Origin: Elusimicrobiota bacterium
GTDB lineage: Bacteria > Elusimicrobiota > Elusimicrobia > UBA1565 > UBA9628
Assembly: GCA_031423795.1 (NCBI GenBank)
Contig: JANPGH010000001.1
Location: forward strand, 1,656-65,655
Reading direction: 5' to 3'
Length of the DNA: 64,000 bases
Every line of letters starts with the position of its first letter. Position 1 is the stretch's first letter. Under the pieces are notes generated by a model. That model was given only the letters and a program-made list of their open reading frames with translations. It ran no database searches and was not told the origin of the DNA. This document shows, piece after piece, positions 8,524 through 16,599 of the stretch. A program made the position numbers and the translations under genes.

Positions 8524-10485
8524 CTATTTTCGCTTCTTTTTGGCTTTCGCCGGCGCTTTCTTTGCAGCCTTGGCTTTCTTCACCGCTTTTGCGGGAGATT
8601 TTGGCGGCATTGCTTTAGCGGCTGGCACCGGAGGAGCGGCTTCGACGGCCGGGGGGGCCTGAAGTGGAAGTACTCCCTCGATGCCCTCGGCGGTCACGAT
8701 AATGGAGTCTGGCAGGCCGTGCGGGCCAGCTTTCTTGTCGAGTAATTCGTCGGTTTTCTGGCCGCCGGTGAGTTTCTTGGCAATCTCGAGAAGCTGGTCG
8801 CGCAGCTTATCCTCGGCGATTTTGCCGCCCTTGAGGCGCTTGCAGGCCCCGACCACTTCCTCAATATAGAGCTCGAAGATGTTCCGGCGCTTGTTCTCGG
8901 ACAGGGCGCGCTCACGGCGCTTGATGAACACGCCCAGACGTCGGCCGGCCTCGCGCAGGCCCAGGGTGATTTCCTTGCGGATCTCGTCGTAATCGGCGAT
9001 GGCTTCCTTGGACTCGCTGGTGAACGGGACCCAGACTGAGGCCATATGGATGAAAATCGCCATCGGGCCATGCGGCGGCGCGCCGCGAGACTGCGTAACG
9101 CCGTAATTTTTCCAGGTTGTTTCGAGAACGGCCTTGAAGGTTGCGCAGGCCGACTGTTGATACAAGAGGGGGACGCGGTTGGCGTAGCGGATTACGCGCG
9201 CCATCTCGTCGTCGCCTTCGTCGTGGCTTTCGCCTTCGGCTAGAGGGGTTTTGGGGGCGGCGGTGGCCGCGGCGGCGAGCGCTTCCGGGCTGCGTCCGTA
9301 AGCCAATCCGACTTCGATCACGAACGGATTGCCGCGGTACACGGCCGGCGGACGGGTGACGGCGGTGTAAAACTCGCCCTTGATCTGCTTGTATAGTCCC
9401 GCCAGTATCGCCTTCTCGCCGATCGGTGATAGGCAATTCGTTGGCGGGGCCATCAGTTTCGTTTCTTGAATGGTTTTGTAGAGGGCTTCGGCCTCGTTGC
9501 CCATCACGTCGCGCGGACGCATGTGGGGTTTAAGTTCCGCGGCCTTGCAAATCTCCTCGGCGGTTTCCGTAGACACGCGCGAGAAGTCGCCGGACAAGAA
9601 GCCGGACAGCCAATGGCTTTTGGTGTCCTGCAGCATTTTGAGAAGCATGCCCAGCTCAATGCCGTAGGGGTGAGGCTTAATCTCTTTCGGCGGTTCGGGC
9701 AGCTCGTGCAGCGCGCGCGCGAATACCTTGACCTCGCCGTCGGGGGCGTGGTAGGTGAATTGCGCGTGCGGATTGGAGATCGAGGTCAGCTCCATGTATT
9801 CGTCGACCGAGGCGCGACCCTTCTGGTATTTACCTTCGAGCTCGATGGTCACCTGGGTGCCGCGATGACGCTCCCACTCGATCTGCTTCTTCTCGAGGAT
9901 GATCGGCTCGTTCTTTTTGGTGTCGATCTGGACTTCGAAATAATGGGCGGGGGACTTCTCGCCGGTGCGCGAGATGATCTTGACCGGCTTGCCGGTAGTC
10001 AGCTGGCCGTACATGCCGGCGGCCGAAATGCCGATGCCCTGCTGTCCGCGGCTCATGCGCAGCCGGTGGAACTTCGAGCCGTACAGGAGTTTGGCGAACA
10101 CGCGCGGGATCTGGTCGCGCACGATACCGGGCCCATGGTCGATCACAGTCACGCGAAAGCGCGTCGCTTGCGAGACGGCCGGGACCGGAGCGTCGCCGAT
10201 GCCGGCGGCCTCGAGCTTGACGACGATATCGGGAAGGTGGCCGGCTTCCTCGGAGGCGTCAAGCGCGTTGTCGACGGCTTCCTTGACGGCGGTGAGTAAC
10301 GCCTTGCGTGGATTGTCAAAACCGAGCAGGTGGCGGTTCTTGGTAAAGAACTCGGAGACGGAGATCTCCCGCTGCTGTTTGCCCATCTCATCTGCGGATT
10401 TCCCCACCGCAGGCGTTTTGGCTTTCGGTTCCTTGTCTTTCATGGCGCGAGGGGCCATCTTAGCAAACGACCGGCGATTTCGCAC
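8524..10485 (-). CDS. top6B: DNA topoisomerase VI subunit B (GHKL ATPase) with a Lys/Ala/Pro-rich basic C-terminal tail
   Basis: GHKL boxes EAVDNALDA, DHGPGI and GQQGIGISAA. The stop lies 3 nt before the top6A start. The start is uncertain (GTG 10485, ATG 10458 or ATG 10443). Confidence 0.9.
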   Translation of the reverse strand: MRNRRSFAKMAPRAMKDKEPKAKTPAVGKSADEMGKQQREISVSEFFTKNRHLLGFDNPRKALLTAVKEAVDNALDASEEAGHLPDIVVKLEAAGIGDAPVPAVSQATRFRVTVIDHGPGIVRDQIPRVFAKLLYGSKFHRLRMSRGQQGIGISAAGMYGQLTTGKPVKIISRTGEKSPAHYFEVQIDTKKNEPIILEKKQIEWERHRGTQVTIELEGKYQKGRASVDEYMELTSISNPHAQFTYHAPDGEVKVFARALHELPEPPKEIKPHPYGIELGMLLKMLQDTKSHWLSGFLSGDFSRVSTETAEEICKAAELKPHMRPRDVMGNEAEALYKTIQETKLMAPPTNCLSPIGEKAILAGLYKQIKGEFYTAVTRPPAVYRGNPFVIEVGLAYGRSPEALAAAATAAPKTPLAEGESHDEGDDEMARVIRYANRVPLLYQQSACATFKAVLETTWKNYGVTQSRGAPPHGPMAIFIHMASVWVPFTSESKEAIADYDEIRKEITLGLREAGRRLGVFIKRRERALSENKRRNIFELYIEEVVGACKRLKGGKIAEDKLRDQLLEIAKKLTGGQKTDELLDKKAGPHGLPDSIIVTAEGIEGVLPLQAPPAVEAAPPVPAAKAMPPKSPAKAVKKAKAAKKAPAKAKKKRK

Positions 10486-10497
10486 ATCGGCCGATGG

Positions 10498-12192
10498 TCA
10501 TTGCCCGAATATCCGGATTTTGGTGCGCGGGTCGATTGCCGCCTGCGAGACGTCGGCGTGGGGATCCACGTCGAGGATCTGCGCGGAAATGGATCCGCGC
10601 AGGCGCGAAGGACCGGCGACGATGACTTGCTGGAGAGAACGGACATGGATTGTCGAGGTCAGGTCGAGGACGACGATTGGTCCCGCGGAGAAGATCTCGC
10701 CGGAGTTGGAGTAGCCAGGCCCGAGAACCACGATGGTGAGCGGATTGTCGTTGATATAACGGCGTCCATCGCCGTCGAGAGGTTTGCCGTTGAGTACGAC
10801 GAACCGGACGTCCGAGACGCGTGGCAACCGGCGTTGGGAGAGGAGCTCGGCCAATCGCGCGCCGATGAGCGGCCGGTTCCGGGATATTTGGCTGAGCGGG
10901 AAACCGCGCGTCATGTTGCCCAAGAAAATAAGCGGAGGGGATTTCACGTCGATCCCGTAAAAAGTCATGCCGGAGGCGCCCGGATTCACGATCGACGGCG
11001 CAGCGAAGAATCGAAGGGTGTGGCCTTGGGTCGTGAATACGTCCCCGGAAGAGCTCGCGCGCGACGTCACGACGCGTCCGGTGATATAGACGAAGCCCTG
11101 CTTGTCGCGATGTGGCGTGTAGATGAAGGAAGCGGGGCCGGATTTTTCTGACGGCGCGACATCGAGACGTTGCTCTTTGCCGAGCGGCAACTCGCGGCGG
11201 GTGTTCGGCACGCGAAAATCTATTTTTTGGCCGGCGAATTGAACGCGAAGCAACGTCGATCCTAGCGCCGCAGGGATCGAAACCATCTGGATCTGCCCGC
11301 TGAGCGTCTGGGCGAACGCGCCGAGGCTGGAGACGTTCCAGAATTCGTCGTTATACAATCCGCTCCAATGCTTCGCGAATAATCCGGCCACGGGTTTGGC
11401 CGTCGCCGAATGGCGGGGCGGCGTGAGGCTCCCGGCGAGGGACTCCATTCCAGAAAACCAACTGGGCACGTCGCCTGCGTATTGCGGGGCAGGGGCCACG
11501 GGAAGAGGCGTGACATCATATTTGTAACGGCCTCTGGTACGAGATGGTCGGACCACTTCAACGATCGTCGAATCCCGAGGGCCGTTATTTGTCGCAGTAA
11601 GCGCTGCAGCGATCTCGCCGGCTTTAGATACCTGAGCCGCTTGAACCGCAGCGTGCAAGGATGCGAATGTGTTCGAGACCCGCTCCCCGTAGATTAGGTA
11701 AGGCGCGAGACCTTCGAGTTCCGCCCGCAATTGCGCAGAGCTGATCCGGCCTTGTTCAAAATCCTGCCTTAGCTGCAGGTTGCGGTCTTGGACGGCCTCC
11801 TCGACTCGATATCGTGCGCTCGCAAAAGCTTCTTGAAAGACGCTCTCGATATCTTTCAAGATGAATCGGCCGCCGGGCGAATTTCTTACGGATTGAGCGA
11901 GGTCGATTTTCGTCGCAAAATCATCGGGCAAATGGGCGGCTACGACGCCTAAAGCCGAGAGGAAGCCGGGCGAGATCGCGGAGAGGTCGACGTCCGCAAA
12001 CTTGGATAAATGGCCGAGCTGGGACTTCTGGGAGACCAATGGTGCGACTGCGGCGAGGGCCGTGAACATTTCCGGACTCATCGCGCGGGTTTCGACCCAC
12101 GAAGTTCGCCTCTGACCGGGGATGGGAGCCGCATCGGCGCGGCAGGCGAGCGCGAAGAAAAGACCCACGAAGGCCGTCGAGAAAAAACGCAT
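10498..12192 (-). CDS. Secreted hypothetical protein
   Basis: 564 aa from ATG 12192. Signal peptide MRFFSTAFVGLFFALACRADA. A TATACT -10 box (12199-12204, minus strand) lies 6 nt upstream. The gene ends 12 nt before top6B. Confidence 0.6.
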   Translation of the reverse strand: MRFFSTAFVGLFFALACRADAAPIPGQRRTSWVETRAMSPEMFTALAAVAPLVSQKSQLGHLSKFADVDLSAISPGFLSALGVVAAHLPDDFATKIDLAQSVRNSPGGRFILKDIESVFQEAFASARYRVEEAVQDRNLQLRQDFEQGRISSAQLRAELEGLAPYLIYGERVSNTFASLHAAVQAAQVSKAGEIAAALTATNNGPRDSTIVEVVRPSRTRGRYKYDVTPLPVAPAPQYAGDVPSWFSGMESLAGSLTPPRHSATAKPVAGLFAKHWSGLYNDEFWNVSSLGAFAQTLSGQIQMVSIPAALGSTLLRVQFAGQKIDFRVPNTRRELPLGKEQRLDVAPSEKSGPASFIYTPHRDKQGFVYITGRVVTSRASSSGDVFTTQGHTLRFFAAPSIVNPGASGMTFYGIDVKSPPLIFLGNMTRGFPLSQISRNRPLIGARLAELLSQRRLPRVSDVRFVVLNGKPLDGDGRRYINDNPLTIVVLGPGYSNSGEIFSAGPIVVLDLTSTIHVRSLQQVIVAGPSRLRGSISAQILDVDPHADVSQAAIDPRTKIRIFGQ

Positions 12193-12272
12193 CGAAGGAG
12201 TATAGACGCCTTTCAAGCGGAGGCGATAGGGTCGTCAGGCCTGTTTTGCGCAGGCCGGAGGACCTAGGGCGG

Positions 12273-13115
12273 TTAGCTTAGATCGAGGCCGAAGTCGAGG
12301 GCGGGGGCGCTGTGGGTGAGGCGGCCGACGGAAATCCGGTCGGGATCCAATCGAACAATCGCGCGGAGATTATTCAGGGTGATGCCGCCAGAAACTTCGA
12401 TCTTGACGCGGGGGGCTTGGCGGCGAAGCCGCGGAATCTCGCGGCTCAGGCGGGCTGGGGACATATTGTCAAGAAGGATCACGTCTGGCTTGAGTGAAAG
12501 CGCACGTGTGGTTTGGACGGATGTGTCGCATTCAATGATAAGCGGTACTCGGGGAAAGCGGCGGCGCAACTCGTCGACGCCCGCGGCGAGCCGGCCGCCC
12601 ATGTAGTGGTTGTCTTTGACCATCACCGCGTCGTAAAGGCCCATTCGATGATTCATTCCTCCGCCGCAGCTGACCGCGTATTTCTCCAGGGTTCGCCAAC
12701 CTGGCAGCGTCTTGCGTGTGTCGAGGATGCGCGCGCGCGTTCCGCGCGCGGCGTCAACGTACTTTCGCGTCAGCGTGGCGACTCCCGAGAGGTGCTGAAT
12801 GAAATTGAGCGCGGTGCGTTCAGCGGTCAGCAGTCCGCGACCACCCGCGATGGTCATGACCGTTTGACCCGGCCGGACTTTGGCGCCGTCCCGCGTGAGA
12901 ACGCGTACTCGGGCTGCTGGCGCGCAGGCTTTAAACGCAGCGGCGGCGATGTCGAGCCCGCAAACGACGCCCGCCTCGCGGCTGACGACTCGCGCACGGA
13001 AGCGGGCGGATTGCGGGACGAAGAGCCGCGTCGTTAAATCACCGTGCGTACCGAGGTCCTCGCGCAAGGCGGCGCTCAGCAAAGGCTTCCACGCGGCGCA
13101 GGGGAGCTTCTTCAC
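12273..13115 (-). CDS. nadC: Nicotinate-nucleotide pyrophosphorylase (quinolinate phosphoribosyltransferase)
   Basis: 280 aa. Motifs LREDLGTHGDLTT, TRKTLPGWR, CGGGMNHRMGLYDAVMVKDNH. Confidence 0.9.
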   Translation of the reverse strand: MKKLPCAAWKPLLSAALREDLGTHGDLTTRLFVPQSARFRARVVSREAGVVCGLDIAAAAFKACAPAARVRVLTRDGAKVRPGQTVMTIAGGRGLLTAERTALNFIQHLSGVATLTRKYVDAARGTRARILDTRKTLPGWRTLEKYAVSCGGGMNHRMGLYDAVMVKDNHYMGGRLAAGVDELRRRFPRVPLIIECDTSVQTTRALSLKPDVILLDNMSPARLSREIPRLRRQAPRVKIEVSGGITLNNLRAIVRLDPDRISVGRLTHSAPALDFGLDLS

Positions 13116-13121
13116 TCGTTG

Positions 13122-13165
13122 ATTCTACCGCTTCCGGACTGTGGGCTCAATGCACGTGATAGAAT
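13122..13165. promoter_or_regulatory. Back-to-back divergent -10 boxes for nadC (minus) and the 2OG-Fe oxygenase gene (plus)
   Basis: Minus strand: TAGAAT (13122-13127) 6 nt before GTG 13115. Plus strand: TGaTAGAAT (13157-13165) 5 nt before GTG 13171. Confidence 0.5.
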
Positions 13166-13170
13166 GAAGC

Positions 13171-13884
13171 GTGTTCGAAACTGAATTAGAGCGTCTGGTG
13201 AAACGCGACGGTTTCACATTCGCGCGTGGCAACCAAGTTCGGGAAAGGCTGGAGCGTGACGGACCGTTAATAGATGGGGATGCATTTCGCGCCTCTTGGA
13301 GTGACCTCGGCTCCGATGAATATATGGCGGACGGCGGGCGCTACCGGCGGCGGCGGCACGCGGTTTTTGCCGCCGGAGCGGGGGACGCTTTCGCGCGGCG
13401 AGCGCCCCGACAACCGCATTACCAAAGCCGGGAATACAATCCTCTTAACGGAGGGCTTGAGCGCTGGTTTTCTCCCATCGCTGAAGCAGTCTCAGAAGGA
13501 CCGACGATGCTCGCGGTACTCAGTTTCGGTCTGTCATTTTTCGCACGGCTGCGCCCGGGTGCTTCCTGGAAAATCGAAGTCCACCAATTCCGGATCGAGG
13601 CCAAGGCTGGGCAACCCGGGCGGCCGACCCCGGAAGGGGCGCACCGCGACGGTGTCGACGGCGTGATCGTGCTGATGGTGCGGCGCGAGAACGTCGCCAG
13701 CGGGACGACGATGGTCTGCGATTTATCAGGATGTCCAAAGGGCGAATTCACGCTGACCGACCCATTTGATTGCGCAATCGTCGACGATGCGCGCGTGATG
13801 CACGGCGTTACTCCCGTCGTTCCTCTCGATCCGACGCGGCCCGCATACCGGGATGTGTTAGTCGCGACGTATCTTAAGACGTGA
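13171..13884 (+). CDS. 2OG-Fe dioxygenase family protein (2OG-Fe_Oxy_2-like)
   Basis: 237 aa with a GTG start. SDEYMADGGRYRRRRH and PEGAHRDGVD are typical of this family. Confidence 0.65.
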   Translation: MFETELERLVKRDGFTFARGNQVRERLERDGPLIDGDAFRASWSDLGSDEYMADGGRYRRRRHAVFAAGAGDAFARRAPRQPHYQSREYNPLNGGLERWFSPIAEAVSEGPTMLAVLSFGLSFFARLRPGASWKIEVHQFRIEAKAGQPGRPTPEGAHRDGVDGVIVLMVRRENVASGTTMVCDLSGCPKGEFTLTDPFDCAIVDDARVMHGVTPVVPLDPTRPAYRDVLVATYLKT

Positions 13885-13893
13885 GGCGATGAC

Positions 13894-14424
13894 TCACTTC
13901 CACTTGATCGTACAGCCGATCGCGTGCGTCTCGGGAACGTGCACGGGCCGTCCGGCGATCAAGTCATCGAGCGCGTCGCGCAAGTAAAGCTTTTCTGGGA
14001 CTTTGCGCGTCTTGTAGTTTGAATCGTCGTCGATAGCTCCGGTATAGGCCAGGCGCAGGTTGGCGTCAAAGACGAAAATGTGCGGGGTACGCGTTGCGGC
14101 GTACGCGCGCGCGGTCTTCTGGTCAGCGTCGTGGAGGTACGGGAAGGGGAACTTCTTTTCCGCGGCGCGCTTCTTCATTTCCACGAAGGAATCCTCGGGG
14201 TAGGCGACGGAGTCGTTGGAGTTAATCGCAACCAACGCCACACCCCGCGCATTGTAATCCGAGGCGACCTTGATCAGGCGGTCTTCGTTGAGCACCACGT
14301 ATGGGCAGTGGTTGCAGGAGAAGACGACGATCGTCGCGTGGTTGCCCTTGACCGCCTGTAGCGAATGGGTTTTGCCGTCGGTTCCGGGAAGAACGAATTC
14401 AGGCGCTTGTTCGCCGGCGTTCAT
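13894..14424 (-). CDS. Thioredoxin-fold redoxin (AhpC/TSA-like thiol-disulfide oxidoreductase)
   Basis: 176 aa. APEFVLPGTDGKTHSL and FSCNHCPYV are present. A 4-nt overlap links it to lysC. Confidence 0.8.
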   Translation of the reverse strand: MNAGEQAPEFVLPGTDGKTHSLQAVKGNHATIVVFSCNHCPYVVLNEDRLIKVASDYNARGVALVAINSNDSVAYPEDSFVEMKKRAAEKKFPFPYLHDADQKTARAYAATRTPHIFVFDANLRLAYTGAIDDDSNYKTRKVPEKLYLRDALDDLIAGRPVHVPETHAIGCTIKWK

Positions 14425-15752
14425 GATGGCTCCTTATGAAAAAAGTGTTGATGCAGGGCCCGAACGGCTTTTTCGACGTCGGCATCGTCGACGACAAACG
14501 CGACGTTATTTTTCGACGCGCCTTGGGAAATCATCCGAACGTTGACATTGGCGGATCCGACCGCGGCGAACACTTCCCCGGCCACGCCGGGCATGGAGAG
14601 GATTCCGTCGCCGACGGCGCAGATCACCGCCAGATCGCGCTCGACGCTCATTTCGAAATCGGTGGAGAGCTCGGCGGTTAGGCGCGCGACTCCCTTCTCG
14701 CTGGCGGTGGTGGCGGAGACGGAGACCTCGGAGGTCGCGAGCATGTCCACATCCACTTCGTGTCGGGCGAATGCGTCGAAAATGCGGGCCAGAAAACCCG
14801 GTCCTGAGGTCATGCGTGGGCTCGACGCTGAAACGATCAATTGATGGCGCTTAAACGCGATCGATTTCAGTGTGGCTCCCTCAGTGCGTGGAGGATGGGC
14901 GACGACGAGCGTGCCGGGATGCTCGGGCTTGAAGGTATTGAGAACCCGCACGGGAATATTTTTGGCCATTGCCGGTACAAGTGTGTGAGGATGTAGGACC
15001 TTGCCGCCATAATAGGCTAACTCGCATGCTTCTGCGAAGCTGAGCGAGCCGAGGGGTAAAGCGGTGGGAACGATGCGCGGATCGGCGGTCATGATGCCGT
15101 CAGTGTCCGACCAGATCTGGATTTCCTCGGCGCCGAGTGCTGCGCCGAGGATGGCCGCTGAGTAATCGGATCCGTTGCGGCCCAGCGTCGTGATTTCGCC
15201 AGCGCGCGTGCGCCCGATGAACCCAGTGACTACTGGTATAGTTTCGTTTATTAAAAAGTGCGCCCGAAGCGCGTCGTCGGCTTCGGGCAGCGGTGTTGCC
15301 GCACCGAAGCGGGCGTCGGTGATGAGCCCCGCTTCGAAGGCGTCGACCGCGCGTGCTACGATCCCGTTCTTGGTGAACGCGGCAGCTATCAGGCGCGCCG
15401 ACAGGCGCTCGCCGAAACTGGCCATGCGGTCGAGCGTGCGCGGCGTTAACTCTTGGATCAAGGAGATCCCCCGCGTCAGCGCCGCCAATTCCTCGAACAA
15501 AGGCTCAAGGGGGGCGCAATCGACACCGAGGTCGGCAGCCGCCGCTTGGTGCCGCTTAACGATCGCATCGAGTTTCGAGCGATCGCCGTGCAAAGACTCG
15601 CGCGCGAGGCCTAGTAAATCATCGGTGACGCCACGGAAGGCCGAGACCACAAGCAAAGGTCGGCGCGCGGCCCGACCGCGGACGATTTCCGCGACGCGGC
15701 GAATCTTTTCGGCGCCCGCGACGCTAGACCCGCCGAATTTCATGACAATCAT
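14421..15752 (-). CDS. lysC: Aspartate kinase
   Basis: 443 aa. The N-terminus has MKFGGSSV. ACT-type C-terminal regions are present. A GATAAT -10 box (15759-15764, minus strand) lies 6 nt upstream. Confidence 0.9.
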   Translation of the reverse strand: MIVMKFGGSSVAGAEKIRRVAEIVRGRAARRPLLVVSAFRGVTDDLLGLARESLHGDRSKLDAIVKRHQAAAADLGVDCAPLEPLFEELAALTRGISLIQELTPRTLDRMASFGERLSARLIAAAFTKNGIVARAVDAFEAGLITDARFGAATPLPEADDALRAHFLINETIPVVTGFIGRTRAGEITTLGRNGSDYSAAILGAALGAEEIQIWSDTDGIMTADPRIVPTALPLGSLSFAEACELAYYGGKVLHPHTLVPAMAKNIPVRVLNTFKPEHPGTLVVAHPPRTEGATLKSIAFKRHQLIVSASSPRMTSGPGFLARIFDAFARHEVDVDMLATSEVSVSATTASEKGVARLTAELSTDFEMSVERDLAVICAVGDGILSMPGVAGEVFAAVGSANVNVRMISQGASKNNVAFVVDDADVEKAVRALHQHFFHKEPS

Positions 15753-15782
15753 GGAAAAATTATCCGGAGGCGACGCCGATGC

Positions 15783-16049
15783 TTAGATCCCGAGCGTCGT
15801 GAGTTCGCGGCAAATTTCGACGATTGTGGCGGCGATGTTGGGGTGGGACGTCTCCAACTCTGCGGCGGAAGCTTCAAGGCCCTTGAGCGCTTCCGACATG
15901 AGCTTCGGCGAGCGCTCTTTGCGCCTCGCTTCCTTGGCGGCCGTGAGGGCATAACTGGCCGCTTTTTTGGCTTTGTCCGCGTGCGTCGGCTCGAGCAGGC
16001 CCAGTTCCTTTTTCAGTTGATCGATTTTCTGCTGTATTCTGTCGGCCAT
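15783..16049 (-). CDS. Small helical protein, DUF4404-like
   Basis: 88 aa. SD GGAG lies 6 nt upstream. The C-terminal HPNIAATIVEICRELTTLGI resembles DUF4404. Confidence 0.45.
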   Translation of the reverse strand: MADRIQQKIDQLKKELGLLEPTHADKAKKAASYALTAAKEARRKERSPKLMSEALKGLEASAAELETSHPNIAATIVEICRELTTLGI

Positions 16050-16094
16050 GGATTACTCCGTATAGGGAGAATAGCTTTAATAACTAGGATGTGG

Positions 16095-16589
16095 CTAGAG
16101 ACTGATTGTTTCGCTTGTTTTTTGCAGAGCCCGATAGAGGGTTCGAATCTCTGCGGGCTCCAATCGCGGCGCATCCACGTTCTTCCATAAGGGTTTGCCG
16201 TCTTTTCCGTAAATAATGGCGGAACGAGGGGACTTGTTCTCATCGCCAAAAATAACGTCCAGGTATTTCAGGACGTTTTCCTGCTCATCGAAATAGTAGC
16301 TGAAATCGTGGCTCCAGGTTTCATGGCCGACGTGGATGAGGCATGCGGTGAGCTTCTGCGATTCGGCATCGAAATAAAACTTAAACCCAGGAGGAACGCC
16401 CTCGGTCGCATCATTGTAGTCATACGCGACATCGAGGTGGGGAAGATCTTTATTTTTGACTTGAATCCGTTTTTGAATTTTTTCGACTTTGTCGTTTATT
16501 TCTGCGACCGTGGCGCCTAACGCGGGAATTCGCGCAGCGAGAAAAAGCAACCCGCACAATAGGATGATAAGAGAGTTAGTTTGTTTCAT
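16095..16589 (-). CDS. Secreted hypothetical protein (low-GC gene)
   Basis: 164 aa from the internal ATG. Signal peptide MKQTNSLIILLCGLLFLAARIPALGA. The longer ORF to 16703 would overlap uvrB. Confidence 0.5.
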   Translation of the reverse strand: MKQTNSLIILLCGLLFLAARIPALGATVAEINDKVEKIQKRIQVKNKDLPHLDVAYDYNDATEGVPPGFKFYFDAESQKLTACLIHVGHETWSHDFSYYFDEQENVLKYLDVIFGDENKSPRSAIIYGKDGKPLWKNVDAPRLEPAEIRTLYRALQKTSETISL

Positions 16590-16599
16590 GGCGGTTTTT

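Noticed and set aside
13881-13897. 5-bp hairpin GTGAG-N7-CTCAC spanning the two convergent stop codons, as a possible bidirectional terminator
   Set aside because: The stem is too short and there is no U-tract.
16127-16160. tRNA-like minihelix: 7-bp stem GAGCCCG/CGGGCTC enclosing GGTTCGAATC (T-loop-like), possibly a tRNA remnant or att site
   Set aside because: There is no D or anticodon arm. The T-stem pairs poorly. The segment lies inside a well-framed minus-strand CDS (encoding ...EPAEIRTLYRALQ...). It is most likely coincidence.
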